Source: Chloroflexota bacterium (GTDB lineage: Bacteria; Chloroflexota; UBA11872; VXOZ01). From it: a stretch of DNA of 64,000 bases. The notes beneath the pieces are model-generated. The model worked only from the letters and a program-made list of their open reading frames with translations, made no database searches and was not told where the DNA came from. Shown one piece after another: positions 20,920-30,279 of this stretch. The stretch spans positions 2,048,001-2,112,000 of the forward strand of contig OZ244922.1 in NCBI GenBank assembly GCA_965221905.1, in the 5' to 3' direction. How positions within the stretch are numbered: the stretch's first letter is position 1; each line of letters opens with the position of its first letter. Both the position numbers and the translations under genes were made by a program.

Positions 20920-21366
20920 TCAAGACATGTCGCCGCCGGTGGCCGCGTTGATCACATAGTTCTGCACGCGCCGGTATTCTCCCGGCGCCGCAGACCCGCC
21001 GCGCACGCCGGCTACCAACCGCCGGTGTATTTCAAGGATTAGCCGCTCGGTGATGGGTCCCCCGTCGTTGAAGTAAGCGCTCACGAACGCGAAAGCGTCA
21101 CGATAGTTGAGAAGCTCGCGGGCGTCGTCCGGGTCCGCTCCCGGCACCGCACGACCCGCTAGCAGATCATCGGCTTCCTCCAGCGTCAGCCGCGTTCCCT
21201 CGATGTGCGTCGTATGATGCGCTTCCAGCAGAAACGCCCGCGAACGCATCGCGTCAACCCACTCATCCGATAGCGTTGCCGCATCCAGAAAGCCTCGCGC
21301 GCGCTCGATCTCCGTGAGCGCGGCGGTGATTGCGTTCGTAATGATAAAGCGAGGAGCCAAGAGCAA
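20920..21366 (-). pseudogene. Truncated duplicate of the Fic gene (N-terminal ~145 aa only)
   Basis: Near-identical to 17075-18121 up to 'VINAATG', then ends; lacks the HPFxDGNGR motif. Confidence 0.85.
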
Positions 21367-21529
21367 TGGTTAATCGCCACACTCTAAAGACTTCCCATTC
21401 AGCAAAGGCGTGGTCGTGATTGAAAAGACACTAAGATGTACCCTATTAGCAATGTTGAAGATGGCTGGGTCTAGTCGTGTGATACGCTGAGAAAGTGACG
21501 ATGGGCAACTTCTAGCGCAAGGGTCAATT

Positions 21530-23392
21530 GTGGCTGACGATAACTCCCAAGAATCTGATAGTGGCGATCCTCTTGACGGGGTAATGCGAATCATTAGAGA
21601 GATTGCCGAGAGGTCAGTGGACGGTGACTATCTCTACCGGGGTGAACCAAAGCATTACCGTCGCGTGTCATCGAGCCTTTACCGAAGACGCGAAGAAATC
21701 GAGATGGAAGACTTAGACATCAACATCGCCCAAACTGAGATTCTGAAAGTCGCAAGGACTTTTGTTGGTCACGCCGATGATGAGCGAATATTGACACAAC
21801 TTCAACACTACGGCTCTGCTACCAACTTGATTGATTTTACCACTGACAGCCTAATAGCGCTGTTCTTTGCTTGCGATGGGGAGCCTTCAGAGAATGGAAG
21901 GGTCCTTCTACTGATCAAGTCGAAGTATCCTTGGATGCCACCGCAGTCGCCTGAGAATCGCGCGATCGCCCAGAGAAGTGTTTTTGTCCAATCACCGAAG
22001 GGATATGTGATACCAGACAAGTCGGTGTGTGTGCCTCATATGCTAAAGGGAGAGATTCTCGAGTATCTTAGGAAACATCATGGTTTGACAGTTGCAGCAA
22101 TCTACAATGACATTCACGGCTTCATTCGCTATCACGAAGGTCGCGAGAGTGCCTATATTGAGTTCTATGCGGGGAAAACCCATCAGGAAAAGGGGGAAAA
22201 TGCGAAGGCGATTGATCGTTACAGCAACGCAATTGCACTTATTCCGCAACTGCATGGAGCCTTCAACAACCGTGGTACAGTTTACGCCACAATGGGCGAG
22301 TACCGACGCGCAATTCAAGACTACGATAAGGCCCTGAAACTAGATCCTCTTTACGTTGGCAGTTATGTTAATCGCGGCAATGCCTACCTGCAGTTGGATG
22401 AATCAAAAGCTGCGTTTGACGACTTTAAGAGTGCTATAGAAATTGAGCCAACCTACTCTGAAGCGTATTGCAGTCGTGGTGCTGCACATATTAAAACTGG
22501 CAACTATGAACTCGCTATACGCGACCTAGATAGGTCGATAGAGCTTCGCCCTCACTATGCGGAAGCTCTTGTATTTCGGGCCATGGCATATGCGCAGCAA
22601 GGGGAATCTGAACGCGGTTCTCAAGACCTCGACAAAGCCATAGAATTAGACCCAGACTACGCGGATGCATACGAGCATCGAGGAAGATACCTAATCGACA
22701 AAAGAGAGAAAGACCGGGCAATTCAAGACTTTAGCAGGCTATTGGAATTGAGGCCCAATTCCGCGGTCGCACATAACGGTCGTGGTATCGCTCTATTGCT
22801 CAAGAATCAGATCGACCGCGCCATAGATGACTTTGATAGGGCGTTAGAGATCAACCCCCAATTTGCTGAAGCACTCTGTGGCCGCGGAGATGCCTACTGC
22901 GCGAAGAGAGATTATGGTACTGCAATCCAAAACTACAGTTCGGCAATCGCGATAGACCCAAATTATGCGAACGCTTACAACAATCGGGGTAACTCCCGTA
23001 GATATCGGGGAGAGTTCGATAAAGCAATTCAGGACTTCAACAGAGCACTAGAGCTCAAAATCAATGACCAGGTTGCCACTTATAACAATCGTGCCCATAC
23101 CTTTAGCGAAATGAAGAAGTACGATTGCGCAATTCAAGACTACACTAAGTCCATTCAATTGAGGGCTCAAAATCCGGAAGCCTACTTTAGCCGGAGCATG
23201 TGCCGATTGATCCTGAAGCGGTGGAAAGGTGCCCGGAAGGACTTAATTGCAGCAAGCAAGCATGGTTTCGATATAAAGGCTGAGTTCCGAGACACTTTCG
23301 CGAGCGCGGCCAACTTCGAAAGACGTTTCGAAGTTAAGTTGCCTCCTAATGTTGTAGCTATGCTTTCGCCCGCTAGCAATGCGAAGGGATAG
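21530..23392 (+). CDS. FRG domain protein with a long TPR array
   Basis: 'YLYRGE', 'LQHYGSATNLIDFTTDSLIALFFACD', 'NRAIAQRSVF'; roughly ten or more 34-aa TPRs ('AFNNRG...AIQDYDKALKLDP'). Confidence 0.88.
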   Translation: MADDNSQESDSGDPLDGVMRIIREIAERSVDGDYLYRGEPKHYRRVSSSLYRRREEIEMEDLDINIAQTEILKVARTFVGHADDERILTQLQHYGSATNLIDFTTDSLIALFFACDGEPSENGRVLLLIKSKYPWMPPQSPENRAIAQRSVFVQSPKGYVIPDKSVCVPHMLKGEILEYLRKHHGLTVAAIYNDIHGFIRYHEGRESAYIEFYAGKTHQEKGENAKAIDRYSNAIALIPQLHGAFNNRGTVYATMGEYRRAIQDYDKALKLDPLYVGSYVNRGNAYLQLDESKAAFDDFKSAIEIEPTYSEAYCSRGAAHIKTGNYELAIRDLDRSIELRPHYAEALVFRAMAYAQQGESERGSQDLDKAIELDPDYADAYEHRGRYLIDKREKDRAIQDFSRLLELRPNSAVAHNGRGIALLLKNQIDRAIDDFDRALEINPQFAEALCGRGDAYCAKRDYGTAIQNYSSAIAIDPNYANAYNNRGNSRRYRGEFDKAIQDFNRALELKINDQVATYNNRAHTFSEMKKYDCAIQDYTKSIQLRAQNPEAYFSRSMCRLILKRWKGARKDLIAASKHGFDIKAEFRDTFASAANFERRFEVKLPPNVVAMLSPASNAKG

Positions 23393-25360
23393 CTAGAGGT
23401 CGCCCTACAGGTGCACTTACGTCCTAGTCTCCTTCCGTCCAGCCAAATGCATGGCAGACTTTGCGTCACTCTGTATGAGTGCTTCGAGGAACTCGAGCCC
23501 AGGTTGCTGGATGGGTGTTGTGCCGAGGGGCACGGCAGCATCTGGCCCTAGCGGTCTACGATAGTTGTGGTGTCGCCGGCTTTTAAGGCGTTCATGTAGG
23601 CGCGGATGAGGTTGCGGGTGCGGTAGCGGTTGAAAGAGGCTTCGTCTTGGCGGCGGACGATGGGGAAGGTGCTCAGGATGTAGTCGGCGTCCTCCCGCGA
23701 GATGCCGTAGAGGTGGAAGTAGAGGGCGTCCAGGCGGGCGCGCAGGTGGCGGCGGTCTTCGTCGTTCCAGATGAAGGGCGGGCCGCCGTAACCCAGGTCG
23801 CGGGCGAACGGCGCCATGTCGTGGGCGGTGTACGTGAGGCGCAGCACGTGGTCGCGGACGAGGTCGCGAGCGGTCTTATCCCCGAATTGGCGGTCGTAGT
23901 CCTCCGGCGCGATCACGGGCAGTTGCTCGATCATAAACAACTTTAGATGAGTGCCCGGTACCTTTTGCCGTGAAACAAAATCAAATACAAAAGCATTGAA
24001 ATTCCCTAGCAAGCATGCAATGTCAAGAGCGAGTAATTGGTCCTTATCAGGAAGCAGGAGGGCCAGTGTATCCGAACAGCCAACTTGAGGTACAACTGTA
24101 GATGTCATCGTGCGGGCATTTGTCGCCGCTGTTATCTCCTTGAATGCTAGCATGAATTGCAATTGCTGGGTTTCAACTCTCTCACGCTGATTAACCCAAA
24201 ATCGAGGACTTGCAGTGAAGCGGGAATCTTGATGCTGTTTCTCAAGCGTTGGGACTGGCTGTCCAGGCCGAAACAAGTTGTCACTCCGAGTAATTATCGA
24301 AGCAGCACGATGGTCGAACGCTTGTACGGTCTTTCCTTCGAATAGTGGCAGACAAGAGTCGTCACCTTTCTTCCATCGATTGAATTCAACAGGGTAAAAC
24401 CCGTCTCTGTCCAACTGCTCCGCCGTGCGGAACAACTTCGAGTCGTTCTGCGAATGGAAGAGTCCTTGCCGATACTTGACCGGCCAGGTCTTGTGCTCTG
24501 TGCCGTCGGAGCGGTTGACGAGCACGGGGTGGCGGGCGTAGATGTCGCGGGTGATGTCGGCGTCGCGGCGGGTGCGGAATACCGGGGAGGTGCCGGTGTT
24601 GGGGTTGACGCGGGCAAAGTCGTCCGGCGCCAGCGGGAAGCAGCGGTCCTCATCAGTGATGGTCTTGGTGTCGTGGAGGAAGAAGGCGCACGCGGTGGCG
24701 TCGAATTGCCGCTGCGCGCCGCCAAAGATGAGGGCGCAGAACTTGAAAGAGGCGTGCACGTCCTTGAAGAATATCTTCCTGTTTTCAAAGTCGTACAGCC
24801 CGGCCACGCGCCCGCGGGTGGAAACCGACTTGAAGAATTTTGCCGCGGTCAGATCGGCGTAGATACCGGACGGGGTGAGCAGGCCGACCAGACCCTCGGC
24901 CTTGACCAGGCGCATGGCGCGCTCCACGAAGAGCGAATAGAGGTTTATGTCGCCGCCGCCTAGCAGTGGATAGTGACCGGAAGCCCGCACCAGCCGGCCC
25001 AAACTGTCGGCGCGCCCTTTGGCGTCATCGAAATCAGCGGCCAACGGATCGCCCTGCGTACGCAATTCGCCAATGGCGGCCCGGCGCGCCGCCGCGGTGG
25101 GGGCGCGGGCGAGTTCCGGCGCGCGGGTGGCAAACCACTCCACTTCCTGCAGCTTGATGCGGTCCCAGGGCGGGTTGCCGATCACGGCGTCGAATCCGCC
25201 GCGCGGGTGGGCGTCCTGCCACTGCTTCCACACCCCGGGAAAGGCCGCCTCCCAGTGCAGAAAGGTCTCGCGGTCGGCGATGGCTCTGGCGTTATGCCAG
25301 AGATTGGCGAATTCGGTGGCGCTCTGTATGTTGTCCGGCGTTGGCGGATTGTCCCCTTGG

Positions 25361-25445
25361 CCGGACGCAGGTTGCAAACCTACGCTACCGGACGCAGGTT
25401 GCGGACCCGCGCTGCCGGACGCAGGTTGCAAACCTGCGCTACCGG
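25361..25445. repeat. Three 27-bp palindromic tandem repeats inside the RM gene
   Basis: CCGGACGCAGGTTGCAAACCTGCGCTA-like units at 25361, 25388 and 25415, read as SGSAGLQPA. Confidence 0.9.
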
Positions 25446-25466
25446 AAGATGCTGCGTCAGGAGAAG

Positions 25467-25495
25467 ATGGATTCCGGCTTTCGCCGGAATGACGG
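25467..25495. repeat. REP-like palindrome inside the RM gene
   Basis: TGGATTCCGGCTTTCGCCGGAATGACG hairpin, read as RHSGESRNP. Confidence 0.85.
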
Positions 25496-27932
25496 TCACT
25501 GGGTGCACGGGAATGAGCGATGTCATCCGTTGTTTGAGACTCAATTGCGTCGGGCCCGTGGGCCAGGAGCTTGAAGGCGTCGTTCGGCTGTCGGCCGAGG
25601 GTCTCGAACAACGAGGCCTCAAAGAGGGTGCGTTCCTGCTTCTTCATGCCCGCGGTCAGCCAGCGCAAGCCGCAGAGCACGTCGAGCACACTGCGGAGGT
25701 CGGCGGTGGTATTTTCCACTTCCCGGAACAGGGTCGCGGACTCCCGCACCTCGGCCACGTCGGCATCGGAGAGCAGTTCGATGTGCTCCATCCCCTCAGC
25801 GGCTGTCTCAGCGCCGGCAACGGCGGACTGCACAAACAAGCCGCCCATGCGATTCAGTTCGTCCACGGCCTCCTCCACGCGCAGGCCGAGCAGCGAGTCG
25901 CCGCAGCGCAGGTGGTGGTCCAGGAACGAAAGCGGCGCGCCCACGGTGAAACTATGCAGCCAAAGCGAGACTTTGGCCAGCTCCACGGCCAGGGGGTTCT
26001 TGTCCACGCCGTAGATGCAGCGCTTGAGCACCATGCGCCGGATGATGGCTTGGTCGGTGAGTTGCAGCTTGTCGATTGCCCAATCCGACTCACGCGCCCG
26101 CTGCAGAATTTCTTCCCGAATTACCGCAATGCGCTCCACCAGCGGCGAAACGTAGGCGCTACCGCAGCCGTCGTCCAGCCATTCCGGCACGGCAGGCACG
26201 TATTCGACCATGTGGGCGATCTCGTCGGAGAGATAGTCCACGGCGGTCACCAGGAAGTGGCCGCTGCCCATGGCCGGATCGAGAATCTTCAGGTCGAGCG
26301 CGGCCACCGCCGGGTCGAGCGCCTCCAATTCCTGGCGGCGCTCCGGCTTGGGGCGATGATCGCTTCTGAGCTCCTTTGCTCGAGTCTCAAACGCCTTGAG
26401 GCGCTCCTCCACCAAAGGTTCAAGAGTCTTTTCCACGATTAGGTCGACGAGTTCCTGGGGCGTGTAGAAACTGCCGCTGTCCTTGCGGGCGTAGGGGTTG
26501 GGCCGCATGATGATTTTGCCGTCATCGCCGCGCACCGGCTCCTGTTCCAGCAGGCGCTCGTAGATTGAGCCGAGCTGTTGCACCGACATGTCGCGATAGT
26601 TGACGAAAGAGCGGACGCTGTCGCCTTTGCGCGCACTGCGCGTATGGCTGAGGTCATAGATGATGCCGGCGATAACCGAATCCGGCAAGCGGACGTGCTG
26701 CAAAAGCGGCGCGGAGTCCGGGGCGAAGAGCCCGCCGTTGTAGGGAGGGAGGCCGATAGAAGGATCGCCGCGGTCGATAAGCCTGAACAGCGTGTTGAGG
26801 CGGTCGTAGTAGTTGGTTGCCGCGCTGGAGAAGGTATCGCCAGTCTGCATGCGCGCGGCAACGTCGTCGCGCACACGCTTGCGCAGGCCGTAATCCGTCA
26901 TAGCGCGAATCGTTGACCGGCAAGAGGCCGCGGTCCTCGGCGTAGAGAATGAAGAGGAGCCTATAGAGGAATATGAGAGCCGCGTGACGCACCGCCGTGA
27001 AGTCATCACTGGGATCGCCTTCTGCGGCATAGCGATCCGCAAGCGCTTCGACCAAGTGGGGGAATACGCGCGAAAACACAACTTCCGAGAGGTCTGCGGC
27101 CACCCGCTGCTCATAGCGCTTTCCTTCCGCGATCGCATCTTCCAGGAAGGTAGTCGCCGCGCCCTCTTGCGCTATGAATGATTCGCGCCTGAAGAGTAGG
27201 AAGATCGCGCGGAGGGCGTGGTCGTCGTCCTGCTGCAAAAGGGCTTTCAGGTCCGCTTCGTAAAAGCCGCTGGCACGGGGACGGGCGCGGAAATCGTAGA
27301 GCCGCCAGACTGCGCCGTTGGTCAAGATGCCCCAGCGGATGCGACCGTCGGTCACTTTATCTGCCGTGTCGAGATACCTGAGAATCTGGCCGTGAGGGGT
27401 GCCGCGGCGGGTGGTTTCACCGCTGTCGCGGTTGTCGAGCGGCAAGCCGAAGCGTTTGCTCTCCTCGATTACAAGGGCGTCTTGATAGCGATTTTCGGAA
27501 CCCTCGCGCGCTGCGGCCCTGTCCTTCGCCTCCCCATCGGCAAAGAGCAGGTAATCGGGAATGTCCTCTTGGCGGTCTGAGCCTTGCTGGGGCATATGGT
27601 TGTCCCAGCCTAGCAATTCCAGGAGCGGACGCACCACCTCGTTTTCAGTTTGTGCCTCGTTGGGTTCGTGAGCGGAGGAAATCTTATCCAGAATTTCGCG
27701 CAGGGATTGCTTGAACGCGGTAAATGTCAGCGGCTGCCGCACGCAATCCTGCCAGGCATCGGTTGCCTGGATGCCTTCGGTAAGGAAGTATTGTGTGAAG
27801 AGTTGACCGATCATGGCGATGATTTCAAACTCTCAGCGAGCATCGCGAGTAACAGATTGCAGAGCCGGCCCCAGGACTAGGACTGAGGCGTGGGTGAGTC
27901 TTTTGCTGGAGGCGAATGGCAACAAGCCTGAT

Positions 27933-28121
27933 CTATTGCTTTTGCAGCCATCCGCGGACGATCCAGAATAGGTTGGCGAGTGCGATGGCTATGGCGGCGA
28001 CCCAGAGGGCGGTGCCGAGAGTAGGATTTGCCGCCAAGCCGATGCCTTGTCCGAGAAAGAAGACGATGACCGCCACCACGAAGAGCACGATATGGGCGAT
28101 TTTCTTAAGCTTTTTCCGCAT
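27933..28121 (-). CDS. Small two-TM membrane protein (62 aa)
   Basis: Basic N-terminus, two hydrophobic helices, GGAG RBS. Confidence 0.6.
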   Translation of the reverse strand: MRKKLKKIAHIVLFVVAVIVFFLGQGIGLAANPTLGTALWVAAIAIALANLFWIVRGWLQKQ

Positions 28122-28259
28122 GGTTCCACTCCCATAGCGTAGGTGCGGGAAACGACGAATCGGACTCACCCAGATGTTAGCAACACCTCAATGGTACCAG
28201 AGGGTAGGGAACGCAACTGCGCGTAGACAAGCATCGAGCCGGGCATGGGCCGGGGCAGG

Positions 28260-29276
28260 TCACGCCAATTCGGCCTTCGTAGACGGGAGCAGGCGCATGC
28301 GCACGTCCACCTCCAGGATGCTGCTAACGAAACCGTTGAGAATGCCTTTGGAAGGGGGCACGTCTTGATAGTCGCGTCCCACAGCGATAGAAACGTGGTG
28401 GTCTCCGGCAAGGGTCTGGTTGGTGGGATCGAAACCAACCCAGCCGAGGCCGGGCAACCGGCACTCTACCCATGCGTGGGTGGCGCTCTGCGGCGTCTGC
28501 GACGACGTCTGCGTCTGCGACAAAGTCGGCGTCTGCGACAGAGTCTGAGTCTGTGACAAAGTCAGCGCGTGCTCACGGGATTCACCCGAAACGTGCACGT
28601 AGCCGGATACATAGCGGGACGGCACGCCCCAAGAGCGCGCAACAGCAATCATGACGTGGGCGTAGTCCTGGCAGACACCCCGCCCGGTCTCCAAGATGTG
28701 GTCGATGGGGGAGGCCACCGAGGTGCTGCCAGGAACGTAGTCGAAGACGTGATGCAGCTTCTCGGACAGCATTCCCACAGCCTGCAGAGGGTCGTCGGCC
28801 GGCTCGATGCCTTCACGCTGGATGAAGGAGGAGAGGGCGGGCGACGACTGCGCTAACGGGCTGTCATGGGTAAAGTCCCAAAGCGCAAAAGAGTGCTGCC
28901 AGGCTTGAATCTTGTCCCATGCGCCGGAATTCAAAGAGCCCGGTAGCTGGGCCGCAGGTCCGGTTTCAACCGAAGAGCGGGCCACAATCTCGAGCGACTC
29001 GTGCCGCTGATGCACGCTAAAGACGTGCCTTGTGTTGCCGTAGGGGTCTGTTGCTGTGCTTAGTGTGGAGAGCGGGTGCGTGGAAAGATCGAACTGCAGG
29101 AGTTGCTGTCTCACGCTTTCGCGCGGTCTTAAACACAGGGACATCACAGAGTACCACGCCGGTGAGGCATAGCGGTAGCGGGATACGTGCTCTATCTCAA
29201 AGCGGTTCGATCTGGCGATGCGACCACTAGATTCTGCACTGTGTTCGGAGCGGCTGGATAAACTCGAGTCGGCCAT
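28260..29276 (-). CDS. Transglutaminase-like family protein
   Basis: 'IEHVSRYRY' N-domain; catalytic Cys 'GVCQDYAH', His 'THAWVE', Asp 'GFDPTN'; 'GRDYQDVPP'. Confidence 0.92.
   Translation of the reverse strand: MADSSLSSRSEHSAESSGRIARSNRFEIEHVSRYRYASPAWYSVMSLCLRPRESVRQQLLQFDLSTHPLSTLSTATDPYGNTRHVFSVHQRHESLEIVARSSVETGPAAQLPGSLNSGAWDKIQAWQHSFALWDFTHDSPLAQSSPALSSFIQREGIEPADDPLQAVGMLSEKLHHVFDYVPGSTSVASPIDHILETGRGVCQDYAHVMIAVARSWGVPSRYVSGYVHVSGESREHALTLSQTQTLSQTPTLSQTQTSSQTPQSATHAWVECRLPGLGWVGFDPTNQTLAGDHHVSIAVGRDYQDVPPSKGILNGFVSSILEVDVRMRLLPSTKAELA
28491..28562. repeat. Four 18-bp in-frame tandem repeats (TLSQTQ-like)
   Basis: Units at 28491, 28509, 28527 and 28545. Confidence 0.85.
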
Positions 29277-29283
29277 GAGGTCA

Positions 29284-30249
29284 TTATACGGGAGAGTCTT
29301 CGACATGGTAGTCGAAGTAGGTCACCGCAATCAGGTCGTGAAGGTCCCGGCAAAAGGCGCCCATCTGTCGCAAAGCCTGTTCACGGTCTTCCAGGTCGGG
29401 CCAATCGTAGCGGATTAAGGACACGAGCCGACCCGCCAGCCGCCGCGTCGCGCCACTGGAATCCGCATTTGGCCCGGGTCCGATAGCGTCAAGTTGCTGT
29501 CCCACGATATCGAGCGAAAAACAGAGGGAGTCGGGGAGCAGCGGATCTGTCACGAGCAGATCCAAAACATGGTTAGGGTGAACCTCCACGCTGTAGCTGC
29601 GGTTATAGACCTCCAAGGCGTGGTATGCGCGCAGCAAGCTAACCCAGTCAGCTTCGGAAGACTCCTCAAAGTGCACTTCGGAGGCAAGTTGCGCCAATAG
29701 CAGCGAAATCGTGATCTGGGCCCGCTCGATCAAACGACCGAGTTGCAGGAAGTGCCAACCCTCGTCGCGGTACATTGTTGCTGCAGCCACACCCATGAAG
29801 GTGTCGATGTCTGCGGTCACCCCAGCGTAGAAACTCTCCGGAGACGTGGACCAAATATCTTGTATGTCCCGATTCTGGAGCTGAAGATAGACAAGGTTTA
29901 GGTGCGACCACATTTCCGCGCTAATGCAGTTTCGCGTTTGACGGGCATTCTCTCGCGCTGCGGCGAAGCAATTCCACAGCGAGCCAAGATTCGAAGGCTC
30001 AAACGTCAGGTCGTCGGCAAGGGTATACGAGTCCGCCAGCGTGAAGTCATCACTGTCGCTGAGTTCGAGACTGCCGCCAGGCGTCAACCGGTCGACACTT
30101 ATGTAAATGCGACTCCAGCCGAAGTAAATTTCCTGGACAGGGCGATCCACCAGAGCCGCCGTCTGCAATTGCAGAAAGCGGCTGAGGTGTTGCGCCCGTT
30201 CCAAGTAGCGCCCCATCCAGAAGAGGCTTTGTGCGCTTCGTGAGAGCAC
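29284..30249 (-). CDS. Alpha-E domain protein (DUF403)
   Basis: 'MLSRSAQSLFWMGRYLERA', 'ARENARQTR', 'LGRLIERA' ER motifs. Confidence 0.92.
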   Translation of the reverse strand: MLSRSAQSLFWMGRYLERAQHLSRFLQLQTAALVDRPVQEIYFGWSRIYISVDRLTPGGSLELSDSDDFTLADSYTLADDLTFEPSNLGSLWNCFAAARENARQTRNCISAEMWSHLNLVYLQLQNRDIQDIWSTSPESFYAGVTADIDTFMGVAAATMYRDEGWHFLQLGRLIERAQITISLLLAQLASEVHFEESSEADWVSLLRAYHALEVYNRSYSVEVHPNHVLDLLVTDPLLPDSLCFSLDIVGQQLDAIGPGPNADSSGATRRLAGRLVSLIRYDWPDLEDREQALRQMGAFCRDLHDLIAVTYFDYHVEDSPV

Positions 30250-30279
30250 GTGTGCTTAATTCCTTAGCTCAGGTAAACG

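Larger units (their letters stand above)
23548..27814 (-). pseudogene. Type IIG (Eco57I-like) fused restriction endonuclease/N6-adenine methyltransferase, frameshifted at ~26895
   Basis: 'PDYLLF..EESKR' nuclease, 'WGILTNG', 'GSFYTP', 'DPAMGSGHFL', 'IGNPPW'; two overlapping ORFs join into ~1421 aa if one extra G is removed. Confidence 0.88.

Noticed and set aside
24973-26442. 489-aa plus-strand ORF and other long antisense ORFs
   Set aside because: Shadow frames of GC-rich genuine genes on the opposite strand.
23548-27814. BREX or DISARM system
   Set aside because: No helicase, PglZ, BrxC or DUF1998 partners are adjacent; it fits a stand-alone type IIG enzyme.
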